From positions 310,001 through 374,000 of the forward strand of contig NW_027274036.1 of assembly GCF_030028105.1 (NCBI RefSeq): DNA of 64,000 bases, in the 5' to 3' direction. Positions 12,937 to 26,659 of the stretch are shown here, piece by piece. Every line of letters starts with the position of its first letter. The first letter of the stretch is position 1. A program made the position numbers and the translations under genes. This DNA is from Mobula birostris (Eukaryota). The notes under the pieces were generated by a model that was given only the letters and a program-made list of their open reading frames with translations, made no database searches and was not told the origin of the DNA.

Positions 12937-12978
12937 ACAATCAACTCCCAACCATCGAGGTCAGACTAACTAGCCTAC

Positions 12979-13520
12979 ATAGTCATAGTCATAGTCATAC
13001 TTTATTGATCCCGGGGGAAATTGGTTTTCGTTACAGTTGCACCATAAATAATAAATAGTAATAGAACCTTAAATAGTTAAATAGTAATATGTAAATTATG
13101 CCAGGAAATTATGAAATAAGTCCAGGACCAGCCTATTGGCTCAGGGTGTCTGACCCTCCAAGGGAGGAGCTGTAAAGTTTGATGGCCACAGGCAGGAATG
13201 ACTTCCTATGACGCTCTGTGCTGCATCTCGGTGAAATGAGTCTCTGGCTGAATGTACTCCTGTGTCCACCCAGTACATTATGCAGTGGATGGGAGACATT
13301 GACCAAGATTGCATGCAACTTAGGCAACATCCTCTTTTCAGACACCACTGTCAGAGAGTCAAGTTCCATCCCCACAACATCACTGGCCTTATGAATGAGT
13401 TTGTTGATTCTGTTGGTGTCTGCTACCCTCAGCCTGCTGCCCCAGCACACAACAGCAAGCATGATAACACTGGCCACCACAGACTCGTAGAACAACTGGC
13501 CACCACAGACTCATAGAACA
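12979..13520 (-). mobile_element. Rex1/Babar-like LINE 3' end
   Basis: ORF 13133-13495 FYESVVASV..VVCW..HPLH..TERHRKSFLPVAIKLY, with a (gactat)n tail. Inserted inside the GNYRP/VSLT codons of the host CR1. Confidence 0.78.
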
Positions 13521-14888
13521 TATGGCCTATAGTTTCCTTTCTTCTGACTGTCTCCCTTCTTGAAGAGTGGAGTGACATTCACAATTTGCCAGTCTTCCAG
13601 AAACATTCTAGAATCCAGTGATTCTTGATAGATCATTACTAAACCCCCACAATCTCTTCAGCCATCTCTTTCAGAACCCTGGGGTGTAGATCATCTGGTC
13701 CAGGTGACTTATCTATCTTCAGACCTTTCAGTTTCCCAAGAACCTTCTCCCTAGTAATGGTAACTTCACACACTTCATGACCTCTGATACCTGGAACTTC
13801 CACCATAGTGCTAGTATTTTCCACAGTAAAGACTGATGCAGTTTGTTTGCTATTTCCTTGTCCCCCATTACTACCTCTCCAGCATCATTTTTTGAGTGGT
13901 CTGATATGCACTTTTGCCTCTCTTTTACACTAAGTATCTGAAGAAACTTTTGGTATCCTTTTTAATAATGTTGGCTAACTTAGTTTTGTATTTCAGTGTT
14001 ACCTTCTTAATGACTTTTTAGATGTCTTCTGTTGGTATTTAAAAGCTTCCCAATCCTCTAACTTCCCACTAAATTTTGCTCTATTATATGGCCTCTGTTT
14101 GGCTTTTCTGTTGGCCTTGACTTCCCTTGTTAGCCATGGTTGTGTCATCTTGCCTTTAGAATGCTTTTTCCTCTTTGAAATGTATATATTCTGTGCCTTC
14201 CGAATTGCTTCCAAAACTTCCAGCCATTGCTGCTTTGCGTCATCCCTGCCGTGTTCTTTTCCAATTAATTAACTCCTCTCTCATGCCTCTGTAATTTCCT
14301 TTACTCTACTGTATTACTGATACGTCTGCCTTTAGCTTCTCCTTCTCAGATTTCAGTGTGCATTCGATAATATTATGATCACTTCCCCTAAGGATTCCTT
14401 TACTTAAGCTCCCTAATTAATTTAAGTTCATTGCACTACACCCAATCCAGAAAAGCTGATCTCCTAGTGAGTTGAACCTTGAACTGCCATCTTGTAGGCA
14501 TTCTAGACATTTCCCCTCTTGGAATCCTGCAGCAGCCTGATTTTCCCAATCTGCCTTCATATTGAAATCCCCCCAACTATTGTAACATTGCCCTTTTGGC
14601 ATGTAATCTCCCGTTGTAACTTGTAGACCACACCCTTACTACTGTTTGGAGGTCTGTATATAACTCCCACCAGGATCTTTTTACCCTTGTAGTTCCTCAG
14701 CTCTATCCACAATGATTCAACACCTTCCGACCCTATGTCACCTCTTTCTAATGATTTAACTTTATTTTGTGCCAACAGAGCCATGGCACCCCACCTCTTT
14801 TTTCCTGCCTGTCCTTTTAATACAATCAACACTCATCAAAGTTGCTGGTGAACGCAGCAGGCCAGGCAGCATCTCTAGAAAGAGGTAC

Positions 14889-14924
14889 AGTCGACATTTC
14901 GGGCTGAGACCCTTCGTCAGGACT
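14889..14924 (-). ncRNA. Hammerhead ribozyme motif, stem III variant
   Basis: Minus strand AGTC CTGACGA AGGG tctcag CCC GAAA TGTC GACT. Core is intact, but stem III ACGT has changed to ATGT. Confidence 0.58.
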
Positions 14925-16677
14925 AACTGAAAGAAGAGCTAGTAAGAGATTTGAAAGTGGGAGGGGGAGGGGGAGATCCAAAATGATAGGAGAAGACAGG
15001 AGGGGGAGGGATGGAGCTAAAAGCTGGACAGTTGATTGGCAAAAGGGATATGAGAGGATCATGGGACAGGAGGTCCGGGAAGAAAGACAAGCGGGCGGGG
15101 GGGGGACCTAGAGGATGGGCAAGGGGTATAGTGAGAGGGACAGAGGGAGAAAAAGGAAAGAGATAAAAAGAATGTGTGTATATAAATAAATAACGGATGG
15201 CATACAGGGGGAGATAAGGCATTAGCAGAAGTTTGAGAAGTCAATTTTCATACCATCAGGTTGGAGGCTACCCAGACGGAATATAAGGTGTTGTTCCTCC
15301 AACCTGAGTGTGGCTTCATCTTTATAGTAGAGAAGGCCATGGATAGACATGGAATGGGACATGGAATTAAAATGTGTGGCCACTGGGAGATCCTGCTTTC
15401 TCTGGCAGACAGAGCGTAGGTGTTCAGCGGAATGATCTCCCAGTCTGCGTCAGGTCTCGCCAATATATAGAAGGCCGCACCGGGAGCACCGGACGCAGTA
15501 TATCACCCCAGCCGACTCACAGGTGAAGTGTCGCTTCACCTGGAAGGACTGTCTGGGGCCCTGAATGGTAGTGAGGGAGGAAGTGTAAGGGCATGTGTAG
15601 CACTTGTTCCGCTTACAAGGATAAGTGCCAGGAAGGAGATCGGTGGGGTGGGATGGGGGGGATGAATGGACAAGGAAGTCGCGTAGGGAGTGATCCCTGC
15701 GGAAAGCGGGTGGGGGTGGAGGGAAAGGTGTGCTTAGTGGTGGGATCCCGTTGGAGGTGGCGGAAGTTATGGAGAATTACATGTTGGACCCGGAGGGTGG
15801 TGGGGTGGTAGGTGAGGACAAGGGGAACCCTATTCCTAGTGGGGTGGTGGGAGGATGGAGTGAGAGCAGATGTGCGTGAAATGGGGGAGATGCATTTGAG
15901 AGCAGAGTTGATGGTGGAGGAAGGGAAGCCCCTTTCTTTAAAAAAGGAGGACATCTCCTTCGTCCTGGAATGAAAAGCCTCATCCTGAGAGCAGATGCGG
16001 CAGAGATGGAGGAATTGCGAGAAGGGGATGGGCGTTTTTGCAAGAGACAGGGTGAGAAGAGGAATAGTCCAGATAGCTGTGAGAGTCAGTAGGCTTATAA
16101 TAGACATCAGTAGATAAGCTGTCTCCAGAGATAGACCTGACGCAGACTGGGAGATTATTTCGCTGAACACCTACGCTCTGTCCGCCAGAGAAAGCAGGAT
16201 CTCCCAGTGGCCACACATTTTAATTCCACGTCCCATTCCCATTCTGATATGTCTATCCATGGCCTCCTCTACTGTAAAGGTGAAGCCACAGTCAGGTTGG
16301 AGGAACAACACCTTATATTCTGTCTGGATAGCCTCCAACCTGATGGCATGAACATTGACTTCTCTAACTTCCACTAATGCCCCACCTCCCCTCGTACCCC
16401 ATCCGTTATTTATTTATATACACACATTATTTTTCTCTCTGTCTCCTTTTTCTCCCTCTGTCCCTCTGACTATACCCCTTGTCCATCCTCTGGGCTTCCT
16501 CCCCTCCCCCTTTTCTTTCTCCCTAGGCCTCCTGTCCCATGATCCTCTCAATATCCCTTTTGCCAATCACCTGTCCAGCTCTTGGCTCCATCCCTCCCCC
16601 TCCTGTCTTCTCCTATCATTTTGGATCTCCCCCTCCCCCTCCCACTTCCAAATCTCTTACTAGCTCTTCTTTCAGTT

Positions 16678-16713
16678 AGTCCTGACGAAGGGTCTCAGCC
16701 CGAAACGTCGACT
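16678..16713 (+). ncRNA. Minimal type I hammerhead ribozyme, intact core
   Basis: AGTC|CTGACGA|A|GGG tctcag CCC|GAA|ACGT|C^GACT: stem I AGTC/GACT, stem II GGG/CCC, palindromic stem III ACGT, GUC cleavage triplet ending at 16709. Confidence 0.75.
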
Positions 16714-18368
16714 GTACCTCTTCCTGGAGATGCTGCCTGGCCTGCTGCGTTCACCAGCAACTTTTATGTGTGTTGTTTGAAATTCCAGCATCTGCAGATT
16801 TCCTCGTGTTTGCGCTTTCAATACAATGTTATCCTTGGACATTAAGCTGCCAGCTATAATCTTCTTTCAGCCATGATTCAGTGATGCTTATAATATCGTA
16901 CTTGCTTCAAGTTCATTGACCTTATTCCTTATACTCCACACATTGAAATATAACACCTTTAGTCCTGTATTCACCTTTTTCGATTTTGTTCGCCTTTTAC
17001 GTAGTAACTCATCCTGTTGCCTGCAATTTTGATCTATCATCCACCTCTCCTCACTACACATTGCATCTAGTTGTAACTCAACTACCTCATCTTCAGCACT
17101 ATCACTCCAGCTCCCATCCCCCTGCCAAATTGGTTTAAACCTCCCTGAATCTGCCCACAAGGATTTTGGACCCCCTTGGATTCAGGTGTGACCTGTCCTT
17201 TTTGTGTAGGTCATATCTTCTCCAGAAGAAATTCCAATGAGCCATAAATCTGAACCCCTGTCTCCTCCAACAGTTCCTCAGCCATGCATTCATCTGCCAA
17301 ATCACCCTATTCTTACCCTTAATGGCATGTTGCACAGGCAGCAATCCAGAGATTACCACGCTGGAGGTCCTGTTTCTCAGCTTTCTACCTGGCTCTCTAA
17401 ACTCTCTCTTCAAGACCTCCTCACCTTGTCTACCTATGTCATTGGTGCCAATATGTACAAAGACTTCTGGCTGCTCATCCTCGCCTTTGAGAATGCCACG
17501 GACATGACCTGAGACATCCTTGATCCTGGCACCAGGGAAGCAATGTACCATCTGGGTGTCTCTATCGCGCCCACAGAACCTCGACTCTGTTCCTCTGACT
17601 AAAGAATCTGCTATTGACACTGTCATCCTCTTCACCTTTCTGCTCTTCTGAACCACAGCACCAGACTCAGTGCCAGAGACCTGGTCACTGTGGCTCCCCT
17701 TGGTGGATTGTCCCTCTCACCAGTACTTAAAATTATATACTTATTATTGAGGGGAATGGCCAGGTGTACTGTGCACTGACTGTGCATTTTTCCTCCTTCT
17801 CCTGACAGTCGCCCAGCTATCAGTCTCCTGTAACCTACAAGTGACTACCTCCATGTAGCTCCTGTTTATCACCTCCTCATTCTCCTGTATGTTGAAGGTC
17901 ATTGAGCTACAGCCCCTGCTCCTTAATATGTTCTCTCAGGAGCTGCAGCTCAGTGCACCTGGTGCAGATGTGTTTATCTGGAAGACTGGAAGTCTCCCAG
18001 GCTTCCCACATCCCACATACAGTACAGAACACTGCCCCTGGAGACATTCTCACAATATTCTGCACTAATAGATGAGGAATGAACAAGTAAGCACACAGAG
18101 TGAGTAACTCACCCAAGCCTGGTCTTGCCTATGAGCCAATGCCACTCCAAAGACTGGCACACTCAAAAGTATGGCTGTTCCACTTGCACCTGTGCTATTT
18201 TTATTGGTCCTTTCTAGTGAATCCCTTTTGCTGATTGGTCATTCCTCAACACACAGAAACTGCCATGAAATGCTGCCTTTAAAATCTCCATTGCCACTTG
18301 ATTAAAAAGTAACACTCACAACACGCTCGAGGAACTCAGCAGGTCAGGCAGCATCCGTGGAAAAGATC

Positions 18369-18404
18369 GGTCGACGTTTTGGGCCAGAACTCTTCATCAG
18401 GACT
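18369..18404 (-). ncRNA. Degenerate hammerhead ribozyme motif (G12>A)
   Basis: Minus strand AGTC CTGATGA AGAG ttctgg CCC AAAA CGTC GACC. Confidence 0.45.
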
Positions 18405-19568
18405 GTAGAGGGAAGGGGCAGAGGCCCTATAAAGAAGGTGGGGGAGGGTGGGAAGGAGAAGGCTGGTAGGTTCCAGGTGAAAAACCAGTAAGGGGAAAGA
18501 TAAAGGGGGGGGAGGGGAGACAGGGAGGTGATAGGCAGGAAAGGTGAAGAAGGAATGAGGGAAAACACAATGGGTAGTAGAAGGAGGTGGAACCATGAGG
18601 GAGGTGATAGGCAGCTGGGGGAGGGGGCAGAGTGACATAGGGATAGAGGAAGAGAGGGGAGGGAATTACCGAAAATTGGAGAATTCTATGTTCATATCAA
18701 GGGCCTGGAAACTACCAAGACGGTATATGAGGTGTTGCTCCTCCAACCTGAGTTTAGCCTCATCATGGCAGTAGAGAAGGCCATGTATGGACATATCTGA
18801 ATGGGAGTGGGAAGCAGAGTTCTTTTCTTTTTAAATCTTTTTATTAATTATTATTGAAAATCAACAACAGAAAAAAATACATCAAAATAATCAAGACAAC
18901 ATATCCATATGTAGAATAAGAGTTAAACTATCAACCAGGCTGAACAGTATATCAATAATAATCAAAAAACAAAATGTTAAAGCTTTTTTTTATGGAAAAA
19001 GGAAAGAAAGAAAAAAAGAACCCCTACTAACTAACACAGAGAAAACTCATAATAACTAAAAAAAGGGGAAAAACAAACATTAGGAGCACAAACACGGAGC
19101 TATGCGCCATACAAGCTTCCATATAAAAAAGACATCAAACCGCCAACCAAATCCATATACCCAAGCATCAGAAAAGGACCATCTTTATTAACTCAAGTCA
19201 AATGATAATAACGGGCAAAAGAACCCCACTTTTTCTCGAAGTCAAATCTAGGAACAAAAGTTCGACTTCTAAATTTTTCCAAACTAAGACATAACATCAC
19301 CTGAGAGAACCATTGTATCAAAGTGGGAGCAGAGGCATCTTTCCATTTTAATAAAATAGCCCCTCTAGCGAATAATGTGACAAATGCAATTACGTATTGG
19401 TCAGATATAGAAATACCGTGAATATGTTGAGGAATTATACTAAACAAAACTGTCAAATTATTAGGTTGTAAATTGATTTTTAAAGCTTTAGAAATTGTAG
19501 AAAAAATAGATTTCCAAAATTGTTTCCATACAGAACATGACCAAAACATATGTGTCAATGTAGCTATC

Positions 19569-20844
19569 TGTCTTGGTCCGGATCGGGGTCCCTTTAAATT
19601 TAGCTTGTTTATGTTACGATCTGGACCATTGATTCCCTATTTTCCTATGTCCCTCAACTTCGGTGATTAGAGGCAATTAACACTCGGCTGAACTGGTAGT
19701 TTATAGTCTCCGGCTTTCAGCCGTTCGGCGCGGAAGCGTCTGCAAAGTCTGCAAAGTCATGGCATGCCAATGTCATCTGGCCGGAGCAAACCTAGTCTCC
19801 GCCTGAAGCTGGTAATTCGCCTTTCCTCACCGGAGCAACCCTGTCCCATTACCTCACCAAAGCGAGCCTGCAAAGTTTCCTCACCGAGGTGGGTCCGTCA
19901 GTTAACCCGCCGGAGGGAATCAAGAACCGCTGTCTAATGTTCCCGGGCCGAGTCGAGAGCTCGCCACTACCTGGAGGTTCCAAGCACCACGTCCTGTCTC
20001 CGGCGGCATCCAAGCACTACGTCCACGTCCTGGTCCTGGCAGCGTTCAAGTACCATGTCAAGTCCTGGTCCTGGCGGCTTCCCAGTTCTGAGTCTAGTCC
20101 TGGCCCTGGCGGACTGTGATTCCTGTCCTACCCCCTTGTCTGAATCCCTTCTCTGCCCCTCTCGCCTCTAGCCCTCGTCTGCATCCCCCGCCTGCACTTC
20201 GGTCTAGTTCCATCACCGGAGTTAGATAGGTACTGTCTGGTGTTCACTTCGTGTTGGTCTTGTCTTTTCTTGTCCTCGCCTCTGTGGGGTAAGTCTGGCC
20301 GTCTTGCCATTGCCCCGCAGGGAGTCGTGTCTTGTCTTGTCCTGTCCTCGCCTCCGTGGGGTAAGTCAGGCCGTCTTGCCGTTGCCCCACGGAGGGTCAT
20401 GAGTCCCGGCCCTATGTCCTGTACCCAAGGAGAGGTCCTGACTCTGTGTTCTGTGTATGTGTCCATGGTTCCATGTACCTGCTCTCCCGAGACCGAGGCT
20501 CTGTTTTCCATGTTCCCCCTCTCCCTAGCCCATGTCATGTCCATGCCTGGTTCTGGGGTCCGAGCCCGAGGCAAGACCCAGGTACTGGGTCCTTGCCCAG
20601 TCTCGGGCTTGGAGTCCATACCCTATCCTCTTCATGTCTCCTCTAGTTCTGGGAGCCGATTCTGAGCCCAAGCCCAGACCCTTGGTCCCAGCCTAGTCGT
20701 AGCCCTGAGTCCTTACCCTGTTCGCTATTCCTGCTTCTGTCTTGCTGTCCTGGTATTGTACAATAAACTAAACCTAAGTAACCTCACAAGATGTGTCTTA
20801 CATTTGGGTCCACCCCTTGCTCCCAATGTCCCGTCATTGTGACA
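19569..20844 (+). mobile_element. Solo LTR (1276 bp)
   Basis: TGTC...GACA termini, 5-bp TSD CTATC (19564-19568 and 20845-20849), AATAAA at ~20762, internal ~72-bp duplication near 20270-20400. Removing it restores L1 CDRCKTEIATLTHMFWSC. Confidence 0.82.
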
Positions 20845-21991
20845 CTATCTCAGTTTTGCATCTATCACACTATTTACATTAGGAAATACTTTAGACAATC
20901 TCTCCTTTGTCAAATAATAATGATGTACAATTTTAAATTGAATTAGAGAATGACTGGCACAAATCAAAGATGAGTTAACCAGCTTCAAAATTCGCAACCA
21001 ATCCTCTGTTATCAAGGTCATATTAAGCTCTCTTTCCCAATCTTCCTTAATCTTAATTAAAGGATAATTATCCTGTTATAATAGTAAATTATAAATTTCC
21101 CAATAAAACCTTTCACTAAAGGGCTCATTTTTAAAATAATATCCAACAGGTCAGAGTCTTGTATATATGGAAAATTACTTAAATGTTCTTGTAAGAAATG
21201 TCTGACCTGAAGATATTGCAAAAAATGTGAATATGAGAGAGAGCATTTAGTTACTAATTTCTCAAAGGACATCAATTGACCTTCTTGAAGCAAGTCCATA
21301 AAGGAAAAAATTCCTTTATTCCTCCAAAGAGAAAAGGTAGGATCACTAAGTGAAGGTTTAAATAAATAGTTTCGATAAATTAAACGATAAAGGTTAAATT
21401 TTTTAAGATTAAAAAACTTATGAAACTGGTACCAGATTCGTAAGATTTATATTCAGAATAGAAATTTTGGCTAATTGTACAGGTAAAGGAGCTCCTAATA
21501 ATGAAGTTAAATGAAATTGTTTCACAATTTTCAATTCCAGATCAGCCCAAGATGGTCATTCCTTTTTATCGGTCCAATATAACCAAGAACACGCATAACG
21601 TATACTAACGGCCCAATAGTACATTCTTAAATTAGACAAAGTAAGACCTCCATCCTTTTTTAATTTTTGTAAATGACATTTTCCAATTCTTGGTCTTTTA
21701 TTATTCCAAACAAAAGATGAAATAATAGAGTCAACCTGATCAAAAAACTTCTTAGTTAGAAAAATAGGAATGTTTTGAAATACATATAAAAATTTTGGTA
21801 AAATCATCATTTTAACTGCATGAATTCGACCTACTAATGATAGTGTAAGTGGATTCCACCTAGAAAAAAATTGCTTCATAAAATCCACTAAGGGAACTAA
21901 ATTAGCTCTGTAAAGGTCTCCATAATTTTTAGTGATGATAATACCTAAATATTTAAAAGAATCCGTAACTTTTAGAGGAATGTCATCATAT

Positions 21992-22085
21992 TGGATGATC
22001 AGCCATGATCATAATAAATGGCGGTGCAGGCTCGAAGGGCTGAATGGCCTACTCCTGCACCTATTTTCTATGTTTCTATGTTTCT
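21992..22085 (+). mobile_element. 94-bp CR1/SINE 3'-tail insertion
   Basis: gatcagccatgatc..ggctcgaagggctgaatggcctactcctgc..(ttctatgt)n, flanked by ATAT. Removing it restores L1 SSIYDDIPLKV. Confidence 0.72.
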
Positions 22086-23801
22086 ATATATAGAACTGGA
22101 ATCATTTAAAGGAAATAATTCACTTTTATGCAGGTTTAATTTATATCCTGAAAACAATCCAGGTTCATTTAATAATTTCAATAAGCTAGGAATAGATTCT
22201 TCGGGATTCGAAACATAAACCAAAAGATCACCGCATAAAGGGAGATCTTATGAATAGTCCCATTTATAGAAATTCCTTGAATATTTTTAGCTTCACGAAG
22301 TGCAATAGCCAACGGTTCCAACATCAAGTTAAATAACAGAGGACTTAACGGATATCCTTGTCTCGTACCCCGGGAAAGTTGGAAAAAGGGGGATCTACAG
22401 TTATTAGTGACAACAGTGGCAATAGGGCATTTATATATCAATCTAATCCATTTATTAAAATTAGTACCAAAGCTAAATTTCTCTAAAACTTTAAATAGAT
22501 ATTTCCATTCAACTCTATCAAATGCCTTTTCAGCATCTAGAGAAACAACACATTGGGGAGCCTTAGAGAGGGAAGAGTATATAATATTTAACAATCTCCG
22601 AGTGTTAGATAAAGAATAACGGCCTTTTATAAAACCAGTTTGATCCTGAGAAATAATTTTAGCTAGTATATTCTCCATCTGATTAGTCATTATTTTTGAA
22701 AGAATTTTGGCATCCACATTTAATAATGAAGGTCTATATGAAGCACAATCAGTAGGGTCTTTATCTTTCTTAAGAATGAAAGAAATAGAAGCTTCATAAA
22801 ATGTGAAAGGCAAATCTCCTAACAGAAAAGAATCTTTAAGCATTTCCAACATATAAGGAGTAAACAAATGTTAAATTTTTTTAATAAAATCTTACAGGAA
22901 AACCATCTAATCCAGGAGCTTGACCAGATTGCATTGAAAGAATAGCTTTCTGAATTTCTCTTTCAGTAAAAGGAGCATCAAGAATTTACTGATCTTCAAC
23001 AGATATTCTTGGAAAATCAATCTTTTGTAAAAAGGCATACATATTAGAAGGGTCAGCTGGAAACTGAGATTTATAGAGTTCACTGTAATAGTCTTGAAAA
23101 ATTTTATTAATATCTTCATAATTACAAGCTAAACTACCATCTCCCTTACGAATTTTTAAAATCTGTCTTTTAGCTCTAACTGCTTTAAGTTGAGATGCTA
23201 ATAGCTTGTTACTTTTATCTCCAAACATATAAAATTGACTTTTTAATTTAAGCAAATTTCTTTCAACAGGATAAGTTAATAGTAAATTATATTGTCATTG
23301 AAGTTCAACCCTTTGTTTAAATAAATCAACATTAGGAGAAACTGCATAAGTATTATCCAGATCTTTAATTAGTTTGGAAATTCTGTCTAACTCTATCTTT
23401 GTCTGTTTCTTGAGTTTAGCCAAATAAGATATTATCTGACCTCGCAAATATGCTTTGAATGTATCCCATATAATCAATTTCAAGATATCTCCCGTATTAT
23501 TAAAAAGAAAGAAATCTTTTATCTGAACTTTGTAATAAATTTTCTGGAAAGCGCCAAGGCAAGTTTACATTACTAACATCATCTAACTCAAAAGTTAAGC
23601 TTAAAGGCGCGTAGTCTGAGACTGCAATAGCATCATATTCACATCTCTGGACTTTGGACAAAAATCGGAAATCAACTATAAAATAATCAATTCTCGAATA
23701 TCTTTTATGAACGTGTGAATAAAAAGAATAATCTCTGTCATTAGGATGTAAATTTCTCCAGATTTCTATCAAACCAAAATCAATTAAAAAGGAATTAATA
23801 A

Positions 23802-26659
23802 TTCGCTAATAGAAAGGTTGTGGGTGGTGGTAAAAATCTTCTGAGGTGTATATATTTCAATGCTAGGAGTATTGCGGGGAAGGCGGATGAGTTGAGGGTG
23901 TGGATTGACACGTGGAATTATGACGTTATAGCAACTTGGCTACAGGAGGGGCAGGACTGGCAGCTTAATATTCCAGGGTTCCGATGTTTCAGATGTGATC
24001 GAGGCAGAGGAATGAAAGGTGGGGGAGTAGCATTGCTTGTTAGGGAAAATATTACAGCAGTGCTCAGGCAATGAGTCCTTATGGGTGGAGCTGAGAAACA
24101 CGAAAGGTATGGCCACATTAGTGGGATTGTATTACAGACCACCCAATAGTCAACGAGAATTGGAAGAGCAAATCTGCAGAGAGAGATAACAGGCAACTGC
24201 AGGAAACATAAAGTTGTGGTGGTAGGGGATTTTAATTTTCCATATATTGATTGGGACTCCCATACTGTTAGGGGTCTAGATGGTTTAGAGTTTGTAAAAT
24301 GTGTTCAGGAAAGTTTTCTAAATCAATATATAGAGGGACCAACTAGAGGGGATGCAATATTGGATGTCCTGTTTGGAAACGAGTAAGGACAAGCGACGGA
24401 AGTCTGTGTAGGGGAGCACTTTGGTTCCAGTGATCATAACACCATTAGTTTCAACTTGATCATGGACAAGGATAGATCTGGTCCGAGGGATGAGGTTCTT
24501 AACTGGAAGAAGGCCAAATTTGAAGAAATGAGAAAGGATCTAAAAAGCGTGGATTGGGACAGGTTGTTCTCTGGCAAGGATGTGATCGGTAGGTGGGAAG
24601 CCTTCAAAGGAGAAATTTTGAGAGTGCAGAATTTGTATGTTCCTGTCAGGATTAAAGGTAAAGTGAACAGGAATAAGGAACCTTGGTTCTCAAGGGATAT
24701 TGCAACTCTGATAAAGAAGAAGAGGGAGTTGTATGACATGTATAGGAAGCAGGGAGTAAATAAGGTGCTTGAGGAGTATAAGAAGTGCAAGAAAATACTT
24801 AAGAAAGAAATCAGGAGGGCTAAAAGAAGACATGAGGTTGCCTTGGCAGTCAAAGTGAAGGATAATCCAAAGAGCTTTTACAGGTATATTAAGAGCAAAA
24901 GGGTTGTAAGGGATAAAACTGATCCTCTTGAAGATCAGAGTGGTCGGCTATGTGCGGAACCAAAGGAAATGGGGGAGATCTTAAATAGGTATTTTGCGTC
25001 TGTGTTTACTAAGGAAACTGGCATGAAGTCTATGGAATTAAGGGAAACAAGTAGTGAGATCATGGAAACTGTACAGATCGAAAAGGAGGAGGTCCTTGCT
25101 GTCTTGAGGAAAATTAAAGTGGATAAATCCCTTGGACCTGACAGGGTGTTCCCTGGGACTTTGAAGGAGACTAGTGTAGGAATTGCAGGGGCCCTGGCAG
25201 AAATATTTAAAATATCGCTGTCTACAGGTGAGGTACCGGAGGATTGGAGAGTGACTCATGTTGTTCCATTGTTTAAAAAAGGATCGAAAAGTAATCCGGG
25301 AAATTATAGGCCAGTAAGTTTAACGTCGGTGGTAGGTAAGTTATTGGAGGGAGTACTAAGAGACAGAATCTACAAGCATTTGGATAGACTGGGACTTATT
25401 AGGGAGAGTCAACATGGCTTTGTGCGTGGTAGGTCATGTTTGACCAATCTCTTGGAGTTTTTCGAGGAGATTACCAGGAAAGTGGATGAAGGGAAGGCAG
25501 TGGATATTGTCTACATGGACTTCAGTAAGGCCTCTGACAAGGTCCCGCATGGGAGGTTAGTTAGGAAAATTCAGTCACTAGGTATACATGGAGAGGTGGT
25601 AAATTGGATTAGACATTGGCTCGATGGAAGAAGCCAAAGAGTGGTAGTAGAGAATTGCTTCTCCGAGTGGAGGCCTGTGACTGGTGGTGTGCCACAGGGA
25701 TCAGTCTGGGTCCATTGTTATTTGTCATCTATATCAATGATCTGGATATTAATGTGGTAAATTGAATCAGCAAATTTGCTGATGATACATAGATGGGAGG
25801 TGTAGTAGACAGTGAGGAAGGTTTTCAGAGCCTGCAGAGGGACTTGGACCAGCTGGAAACATGGCAGACAAGTGTGAGGTATTGCACGTTGGAAGGACAA
25901 ACCAAGGTAGAACATACGGGGTTAATGGTAAGGCACTGAGGAGTGCAGTGGAACAGAGGGATCTGGGAATACAGATACAAAATTCTCTAAAAGTGTCATC
26001 ACAGGTAGACAGGGTCGTAAAGAGAGCTTTTGGTACATTGGCCTTTATTAATCGAAGTATTGAGTATAAGAGCTGGAATGTTATGATGAAGTTATATAAG
26101 GCATTGGTGAGGCCGAATCTGGAGTATTGTGTTCAGTTTTGGTCACCAAATTACAGGAAGGATACAAATAAGGTTGAAAGAGTGCAGAGAAGGTTTAGAA
26201 GGATGTTGCCGGGACTTGAGAAACTCAGTTACAGAGAAGGGTTGAATAGGTTAGGACTTTATTCCCTGGAGCGTTGAAGAATGAGGGGAGATTTGATAGA
26301 GGTATATAAAATTATGATGGGTATAGATAGAGTGAATGCAAGCAGGCTTGTTCCACTGAGGCAAGGGGAGAAAAAACCCAGAGGACATGGGTTAAGGGTG
26401 AGGGTGGAAAAGTTTAAAGGGAACATTGGGGGGGGCTTCTTTACACAGAAAGTGGTGGGAGTATGGAATGAGCTGCCAGAGGAGGTGGTAAATGCGGGTT
26501 CTTTTTTAACATTTAAGAATAAATTGGACAGATACATGGACGGGAGGTGTATGGAGGGATATGGTCCGTGTGCAGGTCAGTGGGACCAGGCAGAAAATGG
26601 TTCCGCACAGCCAAGAAGGGCCAAAAGGCCTGTTTCTGTGCTGTAGTTTCTATGGTATC
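23802..26659 (+). mobile_element. CR1-type LINE (ORF2, degenerate) inserted in the L1 endonuclease
   Basis: IYFNARSIAGK, a 434-aa ORF at 24456-25760, C-terminal ORFs 25861-26646, tail ctgtagtttctatgg. TAATAA at 23796-23801 and 26660-26665. Removing it restores L1 PNRSATL/INSFLIDFG. Confidence 0.9.

Larger units (their letters stand above)
14827..16814. mobile_element. Penelope-like element with ~630-bp inverted arms
   Basis: ~14827-15456 is an inverted copy of ~16134-16780. The spacer encodes the PLE RT C-terminus/linker (VYYKPTDSHSYLDYSSSHP; RVPLVLTYHPT). Flanked by CTTTYAATACAAT at 14814-14826 and 16815-16827. Confidence 0.87.

Noticed and set aside
19889-20665. GC-rich ORFs on both strands (76-163 aa)
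   Set aside because: They lie wholly inside the solo LTR, overlap on opposite strands and have no protein motifs.
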